64,000 nt of DNA, from NCBI GenBank assembly GCA_950097015.1, contig CATNEN010000001.1, positions 9,796,001 to 9,860,000 on the forward strand, in the 5' to 3' direction. The translations under genes were made by a program, and so were the position numbers. This document shows positions 21,916 through 33,800 of this stretch, in pieces (within the stretch, counting starts at the first letter, position 1; each line of letters opens with the position of its first letter). This stretch comes from Macrostomum hystrix (taxonomy: Eukaryota; Animalia; Platyhelminthes). The notes below the pieces were generated by a model. The model worked only from the letters and a program-made list of their open reading frames with translations. It was not told where the DNA came from and made no database searches.

Positions 21916-23524
21916 ATGGCAGATCTCGTACTGTTATTTCCGCGCCAATCGGCCAAGCAGTGTGCCGCTTTTCTAGTCTATCATCCGGAGAGGCGCCAAG
22001 TCATGCCGAAGGTGACGGTACTCGACTGGCGTCGCCTCGACGGCATCTGTCGGTACAGTGTGGTGCGGCTGCGAGATCATCTCTACTTTCTCGGCGGCTA
22101 TCAGCCAGCTAAGAAGAAGTTTAGCAAGCAGGTGCTGCGGTACGAAGTGAGTTCAGGTCTTCGAGATTTAATTTATTTTTGTTATTTGGAATTACGAGGG
22201 TTGTCCGGCCAAAAATAGGACTGCTTCAAGGTCCCTGAGCTCGATTCCGCGGCGAGGCCACATTTATTTCGGACACTGCCTGACGATGAGAAAGTCAGTC
22301 CAAATGGACATACGTGTTTGAGCGTGCGTGTTTGAGCGTGTGCCTGCGTACAGTATGTGTGCGAGTGTGCTCAGGAGTCAGCTAAATGGGCAGAATTGTC
22401 TCCTCCTGCGGTTCTAAGAGAGTGTAACCAAACGACGTGCGATTGCCCGCAGCCCTCCAACAATTATTATTATCATATTAAAATCATTTGTTTATATGTG
22501 TGCTCTCTTCTACGTAACAATCGCTCGACAGTTAAGCACCGGCGTATGGTACTACTGCAACAAGATGAAAACGCCTCGAGCCGATTTCTCCGCGTTTGTC
22601 TACGACGGCAAAATTTATTGTCCCGGCGGTCGAACAACCAATGGCGTGCTCACCGACCTCATGGAGTCGTTCGAACCAATCACCAACGTTTGGTACCAGG
22701 AGAACCCGCTGCCAGCGCCCTGCGCTGAGTTCGCCTGCATCTGCCTAGAGCAGCTGTCTACAGCCATTCTGGTTGGCGGCGTCGCTCGCAGTCCCAACGG
22801 CTCGTTTCGCTGTTTCAACCACGTATGGCGCTTCGGCTTGTTGAAATCATCCAATCCTTATCTGGACTACGAATATCTTTGGCAGCCGTTGCCCTCGGGC
22901 GTCGGCGTGCCCACTAGTCTGGGTGTCCGCGGACATCAGCTGGTATTGGACTCGGTCTTCAACCGGATCTACTTAGTTGGCGGCACGCCATTCACCGGCA
23001 AAGACGACGATCCGCATCTGGCATCGCAGAAGAGTCGCCTGTCTGGAATTTATTATTTCAGCGTGGAGGACATGAAGGCACTTCTAGAAGAACTGGACAA
23101 GACGATAGAGCAGGGTGGCAGTGCGGATTCCAGCTCGCTGACAATGTGCTGGACGAGGCGAAACATTGAGCAGTGCAACAGAGCCTACCCGGCTGTGTCA
23201 CTCATCGGCAACAAACTCTTTGTCATTGGTGGCACCCAAGTTGTTAGCAATTTGGCGGAGCCGAAAACATTTTCTGTGTCAGAAGAGACAACCGCTAAGG
23301 AGCCTGTTGAAGGCGCGGTGTCTGCCACGCCTCAGCAGTCGGAAGCTTCATGCGACGCCGGATACTACGATAAGCGTAGAAAGAGCTATCACACGCTGTT
23401 CGCCTTGAACAATACCGGCATCAACACCAGCGAGCTACTCAGCGTCACAGTCAAGTTGGACAAATCTAACAGAGATTTGAAGCCCGATAGACTTGATTGG
23501 CTGCTGCAATGGTCGCTCTGGTGA
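21916..23524 (+). CDS. Kelch-repeat (beta-propeller) protein, about 407 aa, 2 exons, no BTB domain visible
   Basis: Exons 21916-22146 and 22532-23524 (phase 0; GAA|GTGAGT...CGACAG|TTA). Kelch motifs LYFLGG, IYCPGG, ILVGG, IYLVGG, LFVIGG with downstream Y/F...W. Further upstream exons cannot be excluded. Confidence 0.85.
22229..22480 (+). mobile_element. 5'-truncated SINE family A copy in the Kelch intron
   Basis: GGTCCCTGAGCTCGATTCCGCGGCGAGGCCACATTTATTT...CTGCCTGACGATGAGAAAGTCAG...GCCCGCAGCCCTC plus ATT tail. Confidence 0.85.
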
Positions 23525-24299
23525 TGCAGAAATCAATGAGCAATTGTAATTCTTTGCGCCATAGCTATAGTTTAGCTTTACGTTTTCTTGCCCATTGCTG
23601 AATGAATGAAATGCAAATTCATGTAAATTTTAATGAACGTAGAATTTTTTGAGATTTCAATTTTATGCTAATAACTTATGAAACCGGGGTTGGCTGATTC
23701 TACAAACCCTGTACTGCTGCATTGTAAATGTACTGTACTTCGATGACAGCCCCATGGCCGTTCAAAAGCAATATTTATCATCGCACCCCAGTGCCAAGTT
23801 GTATCTCGATTCAAATTTATTGAGTCCGTCATTATTTGTCAGAGATAAGCACCAGCTATCACTATTCTAATTCGCAGGCCCCTGAACGCGCATGCATTAA
23901 CTGAAATATATGATAAACCAGAAGTTTTTAGATGCATATGGAGCAACTTACGTGTAAATTATAAGCTGAGCTAAAAAGTTACTGCACCTTTAAAAAAACC
24001 CACGTTCACAATGCCATAGGTGCATGGCTCCCATGTGCCAATTAATCTAGATTTCTGCGGACCAATTTGATATTTGATAAGCAAACAAGTTCAGACTGGT
24101 TCGATTGCAGCAGCGCAAGTTGAGCAGTTAACACCTTATCGAGCGGAAAACAAAAGCTCCTTTGCAGGTATAGAATGCTGCACTCATGGCAAAGGCGATA
24201 ATATTTGCGTGGAAAGAGCATAAAAATACGCCAAATAGCAATTGAGTGCAGCCGAAACTTTCAGCAACGCAGCAAGCAACCTGGCTGTATAATAGAATT

Positions 24300-24986
24300 A
24301 TGAAGCTCGCCAACAAGATACTCTTAATAGCTCTGCTGCTCACGGCCTGGCTTTGCTGTAACGCCAAGGCCTTCAGCATTCGTCCAGATGACGCTGCTGA
24401 TCTAGACTCAGACTCGGACCCTGAGACGCCTTTCCCTGACGAGACTGAAGTCGATTCGCCGAGCGCGCCGGAATCACCGGAATCATCGCCTGATGCTGCT
24501 CCTGAACAGCCTGAAGGACGTGATGTAGATGAACCCACAGCGAAGAATCCCGACGTAGCTGATCCAGCACCTGAAAATCCTGACTTCACGTCATTCCCCG
24601 ACGATTTAGAAACAGCCCCGGAAGAATCAGGAATGGAATCGCTTCCAGGCACTGCTGATTCTGACCCTGAAGGTCCTGCCTCTGAAATCGACTCTGAGTC
24701 AATTCCTGATAGAGATGAGCCAGAACCTGAAAACCCCGAGGCTGAGTCGATTCCAGACATTGCCGACCCAGCCCCTGAAGATCCTGATAATGAATCGATT
24801 CCTGACATAGCCGCGCCAGCACCTGGGAGACCTGATGATGAAGAATCTTCTCCTGATATTGATCCACCTGAACTTGATTCATCAAGCCTTGACCCTGAAT
24901 ATGATGCTGACCATGACTACAACCCAGAGGAGCCAGAGGAGCCAAATCAAGACGATTCTGACGAATTCTACATGTTATCTGAGTGA
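24300..24986 (+). CDS. Secreted, highly acidic Asp/Glu/Pro/Ser-rich repeat protein (228 aa)
   Basis: ATG at 24300; signal peptide MKLANKILLIALLLTAWLCCNAKA; degenerate protein-level repeats (ESIPDIADPAPEDPD) with diverged codons, unlike the DNA minisatellites; AATAAA at about 25194. Confidence 0.8.
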   Translation: MKLANKILLIALLLTAWLCCNAKAFSIRPDDAADLDSDSDPETPFPDETEVDSPSAPESPESSPDAAPEQPEGRDVDEPTAKNPDVADPAPENPDFTSFPDDLETAPEESGMESLPGTADSDPEGPASEIDSESIPDRDEPEPENPEAESIPDIADPAPEDPDNESIPDIAAPAPGRPDDEESSPDIDPPELDSSSLDPEYDADHDYNPEEPEEPNQDDSDEFYMLSE

Positions 24987-25352
24987 TTTTTTATTGAGCG
25001 AAGTTGCTGGCTATCTATCTCAATTTGATAGCTAATATTTTTACGGCTTCAGATATATTCGCAAAAGCTTTAAACTACGATTTAATATCAGTTTTTTATG
25101 AACACAGTTTAGTTTTTTGCTTATTTGTGTATATAATGTTTATGATTCTTACAAATTAATAGATTTTTGTTTACATGATAACATCGTTCTTAGAATAAAT
25201 TTAAACAGACTGGAAGGGGCATAAGCTTTAAAGTACGTCAGTCAGTACCTATACCTAGAAGGCTGCGAAACATTCTTCAATACCCATCTTAAATTTAAAA
25301 TATAAATTAGTGTTTATATTTAAATATATTATCGACTATCCATTCAATCAGA

Positions 25353-26078
25353 ATGTTTTCATTTTTGACCTGCACGATGTACCGGTGTCTTATTATTTTA
25401 ATTGGCGTTCTCTATCCTGCATTTAACTCCTACAAAGCTCTTAATCGCCGGGACGGATATGAGCAAGTTAAATGGATGATGTACTGGATAGTTTTTGCTG
25501 CTTTTACTGCCTGCGAAGTTGTAACTGACATATTTCTTTCATGGCTACCTATCTACTATGAATCGAAGATCGTTTTGGTTCTATGGATGGTTTTACCTAT
25601 GACACGTGGTTCAAGTTACATGTACAGGAAGATTGTTCATCCGAATCTACTAAAACACGAACAAGATATTGAACGCTACATCGCAGCTGCCTCTAACAAG
25701 GGATGTGAAGTTCTTCTGCAATTTGGCCAACATGGAATAAATTATGCTGCTAGTGCTGTGCTACGGACAGCTGATCATTTAAAGAGAAGTTATAGTGTTG
25801 GCGATGTCTCTCAGCACGGCAACTCAGCAGCTCCACCTTACCAGAACAGCAACGAGGCTGACATGGATGAGGATGCTAATGAGAATCTGGCCCTTGAGTC
25901 CTCAAATTGTGATGTATATGAGATTGGAAAAACGAAAACAAGATCAACAAGGAGTTCTGTAAAGCAACTAACATTGGACAAAAATAAAGCAGTACTAAAC
26001 AGTAGGCCTGCCCCAGCAAGTGGATCTACTCCTCGGCGTGCCAGGAAGGTTCTTCACAAGCTAAATGAAGAGTGCTAG
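25353..26078 (+). CDS. REEP1-4-like receptor expression-enhancing protein (TB2/DP1/HVA22 family), intronless
   Basis: GVLYPAFNSYKAL, VKWMMYWIVFA, WLPIYYESK, TRGSSYMYRKIVHP and the RSYS 14-3-3-type motif are typical of the REEP1-4 subfamily. Confidence 0.93.
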   Translation: MFSFLTCTMYRCLIILIGVLYPAFNSYKALNRRDGYEQVKWMMYWIVFAAFTACEVVTDIFLSWLPIYYESKIVLVLWMVLPMTRGSSYMYRKIVHPNLLKHEQDIERYIAAASNKGCEVLLQFGQHGINYAASAVLRTADHLKRSYSVGDVSQHGNSAAPPYQNSNEADMDEDANENLALESSNCDVYEIGKTKTRSTRSSVKQLTLDKNKAVLNSRPAPASGSTPRRARKVLHKLNEEC

Positions 26079-26215
26079 GCCTAGCAAATTGATTGTATTT
26101 TTGAAATGCACTTTTGGTCCAAAAAACATTAGTTTTTAGTCTAGGCCTAATGATTAGGCCCTATACTTAGCTAGCTATTTCCCCCCCCTATATGCATACT
26201 ATAGGCCTATAGCAT

Positions 26216-26450
26216 CCTAGGTAATCTTGGTGATAAGCCATTTGAGGGACATTCAGTGCAGACTTTGTCAAGTTGGTAAAAGTCTGTAGGCCCCTAATTC
26301 ATTTTAATTACCTAAAGGCATAATAATGCTTTCAAAACTAAAAAATAGGGTTCTAGCCAAAAGTTATTGGATTGCATTATAGTATTTAGGCCTACTAACT
26401 TGATAAAGTCTGTCACCAAAATGCCTAAATTGTCACTGAGATGACCTGGG
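26216..26450. mobile_element. Degenerate MITE (inverted repeats) downstream of the REEP stop codon
   Basis: CCTAGGTAATCTTGGTGATA vs TGTCACTGAGATGACCTGGG, and CAGACTTTGTCAAGTTGGTA vs TACTAACTTGATAAAGTCTG, form nested imperfect inverted repeats. Confidence 0.55.
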
Positions 26451-27821
26451 ACCTTATATAGTTAGACCTTGTAACATTTTTTGTCTCTTTTCTTTCAATA
26501 AAATTTTAATAAGCCTTTTCTACAATATAACGTTGACAATTTTTTTCAAACTCTCCTAAGTGTAGTGAGCCAAACAGCTAAATGATTGCTCAATAGGCCT
26601 TGCTAAATTTCTTGGTAATCTTCCTTTTTTATATATTTGTAAGGCTATCTACTTATAGCTAAATTGTATTTGCTAGCTAATTTGTTTAATTTCAATTCTA
26701 TAAGTATATCCTTTTGTGTTTTCAAAGATTGCTCAGCCTAGGCCTTTAGGGTTTAGGCCTTAAGAATCATATCATTTTAGGGTTGATTATACTCTTCATG
26801 ACTGCGACACTGTAAAAAATTGTATCAACAATTGGAAAATGCATGTTCATTATTTTTTGTTTATATAATTAATTACTTTATATTAATATTCCATTTGATA
26901 TGAGCAAATTCATATTTTTATAGATTCAAACCTAGTTTTTAGCATCTATAATATGCTCTATAATGCGTTTTAAATGTCAGTTTTTGTTGTGTAGCCTATT
27001 CTTATTACCATGAGTTGTGGTTTGCTTATTTTGTTCTTTATGTATTATTAGTACATTTATCAGTTTACTTTTTGTATTGCATTTTCTATTGTTTTTCCCT
27101 CATGTCAATTTTTTTATATCCATCTCAATTTAAAGGTAGCCTATATGTATAGGCATTTATAATGCCTATAGTGTATATGTGACCCTTGCTTGTGAAAGCG
27201 TTTTTGTTATTTTTGCTTGAAAATTTAAGCAGGACTGCTTTACAACAGTTTTTCTTATCACAGTAATGTCTATTCATAAACCTAGCATATATATATTCAC
27301 ATTTACCCTATAACTCTGAGCTGTAATTTGGATATTGGTGTTTAAATTTATTTTCTAATATTTTTGCCTTCAGAGGCAGGTGCATGCAAATTCTATAATT
27401 TTACTTGCTTTTATATCTTCAATAAATATAATTGTAATAGCTTCCAATGTAGCCAAATTATTTTTTGTTCATTTTTATTTGGTGACAGTCTTAAATAAAA
27501 AAGTTGCAAGGCACTTTTAAAAAATTAATTGACTTACTGATTGCACAAATTAAAGTTTTCGTTTTTTTCATAACTCAGGTTTTTAAGAACACAATCTCTG
27601 CAAGCCAAATGAATTGGATAAATAAAATAATTAGCTATAAAACAGTTTTAATTAGGGGTATAGTTTTCAAAGCGTTATGAAGACTATTGAGAACTATAAT
27701 TATTTTTGTATAGTCAATTAGTTATAGTGTAAATTCGGTTTATTTAATATTAGGTCTATCATTTTTACTGCAATTTCCAGCTATCATTCTTGGCAATACT
27801 GAAAAATAAAAATTAAAAATC

Positions 27822-30800
27822 ATGACAATATCTATATATCCAAGGCGCATTGCCTTGTCAATTGTGCCAACTGTGTTTTGCCTTGCTGAGACTTGCGGCC
27901 AGCGGTGAGTTACAAAAGCTTTACTTAATAGTTCTAGTAATTGCAAATAATGCTAAAATAATTTTTTGAATAATATTTTCAGAATTGCACTTTTATATGT
28001 TCTACTCTACATGGCCAAACTAACAGCAAAGAAATATTATCAAGTGTAAGTAGATCGTTTGAATGCACAAAAACAAGGCCACTGGTTGTATGTACATCAA
28101 TCAATTTAGCTCTAATATATATATATTTGTATTATGATGTTTGCAGTACAATCGGTGCAGCAATATTCATTGGCATGCTAATTGAACTGCACATGATTAT
28201 AGCTGTTCTGCCATTAATTTGGTGAGTTCGTTTTTTGTTTCTTATTACTAATTAATCATGAACTGTGTAATGCCAAACAAGTAAGTTATTCAAGCTGACA
28301 CTTAGGTTTATGGCTGCCTAGATTGATAATCTTCTAGGTTTATGACTGCCTAGATTGATAATCTTCTAGGTTTATGTCTGCCTAGATTGATAATCTTCTA
28401 GGTTTATGTCTGCCTAGATTGATAATCTTCTAGGTTTATGGCTGCCTAGATTGATAATCTTCTAGGTTTATGTCTGCCTAGATTGATAATCTTCTAGGTT
28501 TATGACTGCCTAGATTGATAATCTTCTAGGTTTATGTCTGCCTAGATTGATAATCTTCTAGGTTTATGACTGCCTAGATTGATAATCTTCTAGGTTTATG
28601 GCTGCCTAGATTGATAATCTTCTAGGTTTATGACTGCCTAGATTGATAATCTTCTAGGTTTATGACTGCCTAGATTGATAATCTTCTAGGTCTATGACTG
28701 CCTAGATTGATAATCTTCTAGGTCTATGACTGCCTAGATTGATAATCTTCTAGGTTTATGTCTGCCTAGATTGATAATCTTCTAGGTTTATGACTGCCTA
28801 GATTGATGATCTTCTAGGTTTATGACTGCCTAGATTGATAATCTTCTAGGTTTATGACTGCCTAGATTGATAATCTTCTAGGTTTATGACTGCCTAGATT
28901 GATAATCTTCTAGGTCTATGACTGCCTAGATTGATAATCTTCTAGGTCTATGACTGCCTAGATTGATAATCTTCTAGGTTTATGTCTGCCTAGATTGATA
29001 ATCTTCTAGGTTTATGACTGCCTAGATTGATGATCTTCTAAGTTTATGACTGCCTAGATTGATAATCTTCTAGGTTTATGACTGCCTAGATTGATAATCT
29101 TCTAGGTTTATGACTGCCTAGATTGATAATCTTCTAGGTTTATGACTGCCTAGATTGATAATCTTCTAGGTTTATGACTGCCTAGATTGATAATCTTCTA
29201 GGTTTATGACTGCCTAGATTGATGATCTTCTAGGTTTATGACTGCCTAGATTGATGATCTTCTAGGTTTATGACTGCCTAGATTGATAATCTTCTAGGTT
29301 TATGACTGCCTAGATTAGTTTTTATTAGTTAGGACTGGGAGATTAGTTACAGCTCTATTACGGCCTCTAAACGACGGAACAAATACTTTAGCCTCGACTA
29401 TTTTTGTTTTACAGGCAGTCCGTTTTCTACATCCTTTTGTTTGGATGCTTTCACTTTTTTATCATCCTGTCCGTGCTCTGGGTCATATTCGATGATGGTC
29501 TGGATTTGGAAGCCCTGCTCGGAGGCGGATTGCTCGATGTGAGTTACCTGGCTTCGCATTCATGCGTAATTCATTCCCACTGATCCTTCAGGCATTCCCA
29601 CTGATCCTTCAGGCATTCCCACTGATCCTTCAGGCATTCCCGCTGATCCTTCAGGCATTCCCACTGATCCTTCAGGCATTCCCACTGATCCTTCAGGCAT
29701 TCCCACTGATCCTTCAGGCATTCCCACTGATCCTTCAGGCATTCCCGCTGATCCTTCAGGCATTCCCACTGATCCTTCAGGCATTCCCGCTGATACTTCA
29801 AGCATTCCCGCTGATCCTTCAGGCATTCCCGCTGATACTTCAGGCATTCCCACTGATCCTTCAGGCATTCCCGCTGATCCTTCAGGCATTCCCGCTGATA
29901 CTTCAGGCATTCCCACTGATCCTTCAGGCATTCCCGCTGATCCTTCAGGCAATCCTAATGATCCTTTAGGCATTCTTACTGATCCTTCAGGTATTCTTAC
30001 TGATCCTTCAGGCATTCCCACTGATCCTTCAGGCATTTAATCTGATCCTTCTGGCATTCCTACTGATCCTTCAGGCATTCTCACTGATACTTCAGGCATT
30101 CCTACTGATCCTTCAGGCATTCTCACTGATCCTCCAGGCATTCCTACTGATCCTTCAGCCATTTGTTCTGATGCTTCAGGCATTCCTACTGATCCTTCAG
30201 CCATTTGTTCTGATCCTTCAGGCATTCCTACTGATCCTTCAGGCATTTTTTCTGATGCTTCAGGCATTCCTACTGATCCTTTAGGCTTTCCTACTGATTC
30301 TTTTGGCATTCTCTATGATCCTTCAGGCATTTCCACAGATTTATATTGTTAGTATATTATTGTATATTTAATTCGTATTTGCAGGAAGGCTTTCGCATCT
30401 TTGGCTATTGTCTTCTGCCAGGCTTGGCCTCGGCAATTTGCGGCTGGTATATGAGCAGAATCTATGGACTGGAATATCTACCCTATTATTTGCTTTTTAT
30501 GAGGTAGCTATTGCTTCTTTCAATTTCGTAAACATTCTGATTGGATACAGTTAAAGAACATACCCCTAATATCCCTAATATAATTTTGCCAGCTTTATCC
30601 AATACCGAGTGTACATCACTGATCAGGAAATTCGTAACACAAAGGAGTCAAAATATGCTGCAGAGATTCATTCAGCAATTGTTGGCATTTTCTTCGCCTC
30701 ACCGTTAGCTACGTTTTTAATTAAGCATATTGTGATTTCGGCGTCACTGCGTGGTTTACTGGATATCAGTTTAGTGGTATGTCCTTACTCGTGCATCTGC

Positions 30801-33800
30801 GTTTTTTCTGCGTTCAAATAATGCACATTGGGTTTCCCTTCTGTCCCGTGGTGTATATCGGATTCCCACTCTCCCCCGTAGTGTACATGGGTTTACCCTC
30901 TGTCAAGCGGTGTATATCGGGTTTTCCCTCTGTCCCGTAGTTTTCATGGGTTTCCCCTGTGTCCAGTAGTGTACATTCGATTTCCCCTCTGTCCCGTAGT
31001 GTACATTGGATTCCCCTCTGTCCCGTAGTGTACATTGGATTTCCCCTCTGTCCCGTAGTGTACATTGGGTTTCCCCTCTGTCCCGTAGTGTACATTGGGT
31101 TTCCCTCTGTCCCGTAGTTTTCATGGGTTTCCCCTCTGTCCCGTAGTGTACATTGGATTTCCCCTCTGTCCCGTAGTGTACATTGGCTTTCCCCTCTGTC
31201 CCGTAGTGTACATTGGCTTTCCCCTCTGTCCCGTAGTGTACATTGGGTTTCCCCTGTGTCCAGTAGTGTACATTGGGTTTCCCCTGTGTCCAGTAGTGTA
31301 CATTCGATTTCCACTCTGTCCCTTGTGTACATTGAATGTCCTGACCACTTTTGAACATTTAATTCCGACTTACCACTTTCATTTAATTTGGGGATCTCCC
31401 CTATCCACTCCAATGATGCTCATGTCTCCTGTAATGTAAATTCTTCCTTTCCCTTTTACTGTATATTGGATTCCCCCATGATTATTCTCCTTTATCGGAT
31501 TTCCAAAGTTAAACTGCAACCTCAAGTGTCTAGTGAAAACATTTTGCTCCGTTTTTTTCAGTTGGAGTTCTTCTTTCTAGTTAGCCTGTGCGGTCTTGGC
31601 GCCAACTTTTTGGGTCTACAACCGCTAATGAAATACTATGGTAAGTTTGTTTGTCGTTATCTGAACGATGGGGGATAAATTTATTATAGGATTGCTGACT
31701 GATGAGATACTTAGTGTTTGGGATAATTCCAGTGTGCTATATTCCTAACTCGGATAGTTGCAAAATAGGGATAATTCTTCACTGGGATAGCTACAAAATA
31801 GGGATAATTATTCACTGGGATAGCTACAAAATAGGGATAATTCTTCACTGGGATAGCTACAAAATAGGGATAATTCTTCACTGGGATAGCTACAAAATAG
31901 GGATAATTCTACACTGGGATAGCTACAAAATAGGGATAATTCTTCACTGGGATAGCTACAAAATAGGGATAATTCTTCACTGGGATAGCTATAAAATAGG
32001 GATAATTCTTCACTGGGATAGCTATAAAATAGGGATAATTCTTCACTGGGATAGCTATAAAATAGGGATAATTCTTCACTGGGATAGCTACAAAATAGGG
32101 ATAATTCTTCACTGGGATAGCTACAAAATAGGGATAATTCTTCACTGGGATAGCTACAAAATAGGGATAATTCTTCACTGGGATAGCTACAAAATAGGGA
32201 TAATTCTTCACAGGGATAGCTATAAAATAGGGATAATTCTTCACTGGGATAGCTATAAAATAGGGATAATTCTTCACAGGGATAGCTATAAAATAGGGAT
32301 AATTCTTCACTGGGATAGCTACAAAATAGGGATAATTCTTCACTGGGATAGCTACAAAATAGGGATAATTCTTCACTGGGATAGCTATAAAATAGGGATA
32401 ATTCTTCACAGGGATAGCTATAAAATAGGGATAATTCTTCACTGGGATAGCTACAAAATAGGGATAATTCTTCACTGGGATAGCCATAAAATAGGGATAA
32501 TTCTTCACTGGGATAGCTATAAAATAGGGATAATTCTTCACTGGGATAGCTATAAAATAGGGATAATTCTTCACTGGGATAGCTACAAAATAGGGATAAT
32601 TCTTCACTGGGATAGCTATAAAATAGGGATAATTCTTCACAGGGATAGCTATAAAATAGGGATAATTCTTCACTGGGATAGCTACAAAATAGGGATAATT
32701 CTTCACTGGGATAGCCATAAAATAGGGATAATTCTTCACTGGGATAGCTATAAAATAGGGATAATTCTTCACAGGGATAGCTATAAAATAGGGATAATTC
32801 TTCACTGGGATAGCTATAAAATAGGGATAATTCTTCACTGGGATAGCTACAAAATAGGGATAATTCTTCACTGGGATAGCTATAAAATAGGGATAATTCT
32901 TCACTGGGATAGCTACAAAATAGGGATAATTCTTCACTGGAATAGCCATAAAATAGGGATAATTCTTCACTGGGATAGCTATAACATAGGGATAATTCTT
33001 CACTGGGATAGCTATAAAATAGGGATAATTCTTCACAGGGATAGCTACAAAATAGGGATAATTCTTCACTGGGATAGCTACAAAATAGGGATAATTCTTC
33101 ACTGGGATAGCCATAAAATAGGGATAATTCTTCACTGGGATAGCTATAAAATAGGGATAATTCTTCACTGGGATAGCTATAAAATAGGGATAATTCTTCA
33201 CTGGGATAGCTATAAAATAGGGATAATTCTTCACTGGGATAGCTATAAAATAGGGATAATTCTTCACAGGGATAGCTATAAAATAGGGATAATTCTTCAC
33301 TGGGATAGCTATAAAATAGGGATAATTCTTCACTGGGATAGCTATAAAATAGGGATAATTCTTCACAGGGATAGCTATAAAATAGGGATAATTCTTCACT
33401 GGGATAGCTATAAAATAGGGATAATTCTTCACAGGGATAGCTATAAAATAGGGATAATTCTTCACTGGGATAGCTATAAAATAGGGATAATTCTTCACTG
33501 GGATAGCTATAAAATAGGGATAATTCTTCACTGGGATAGCTACAAAATAGGGATAATTCTTCACAGGGATAGCTATAAAATAGGGATAATTCTTCACTGG
33601 GATAGCTATAAAATAGGGATAATTCTTCACTGGGATAGCTACAAAATAGGGATAATTCTTCACTGGGATAGCTACAAAATAGGGATAATTCTTCACTGGG
33701 ATAGCTATAAAATAGGGATAATTCTTCACTGGGATAGCTATAAAATAGGGATAATTCTTCACAGGGATAGCTATAAAATAGGGATAATTCTTCACTGGGA

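Noticed and set aside
24128-24808. 226-aa Ser/Gly-rich minus-strand ORF
   Set aside because: Antisense shadow of the acidic secreted protein.
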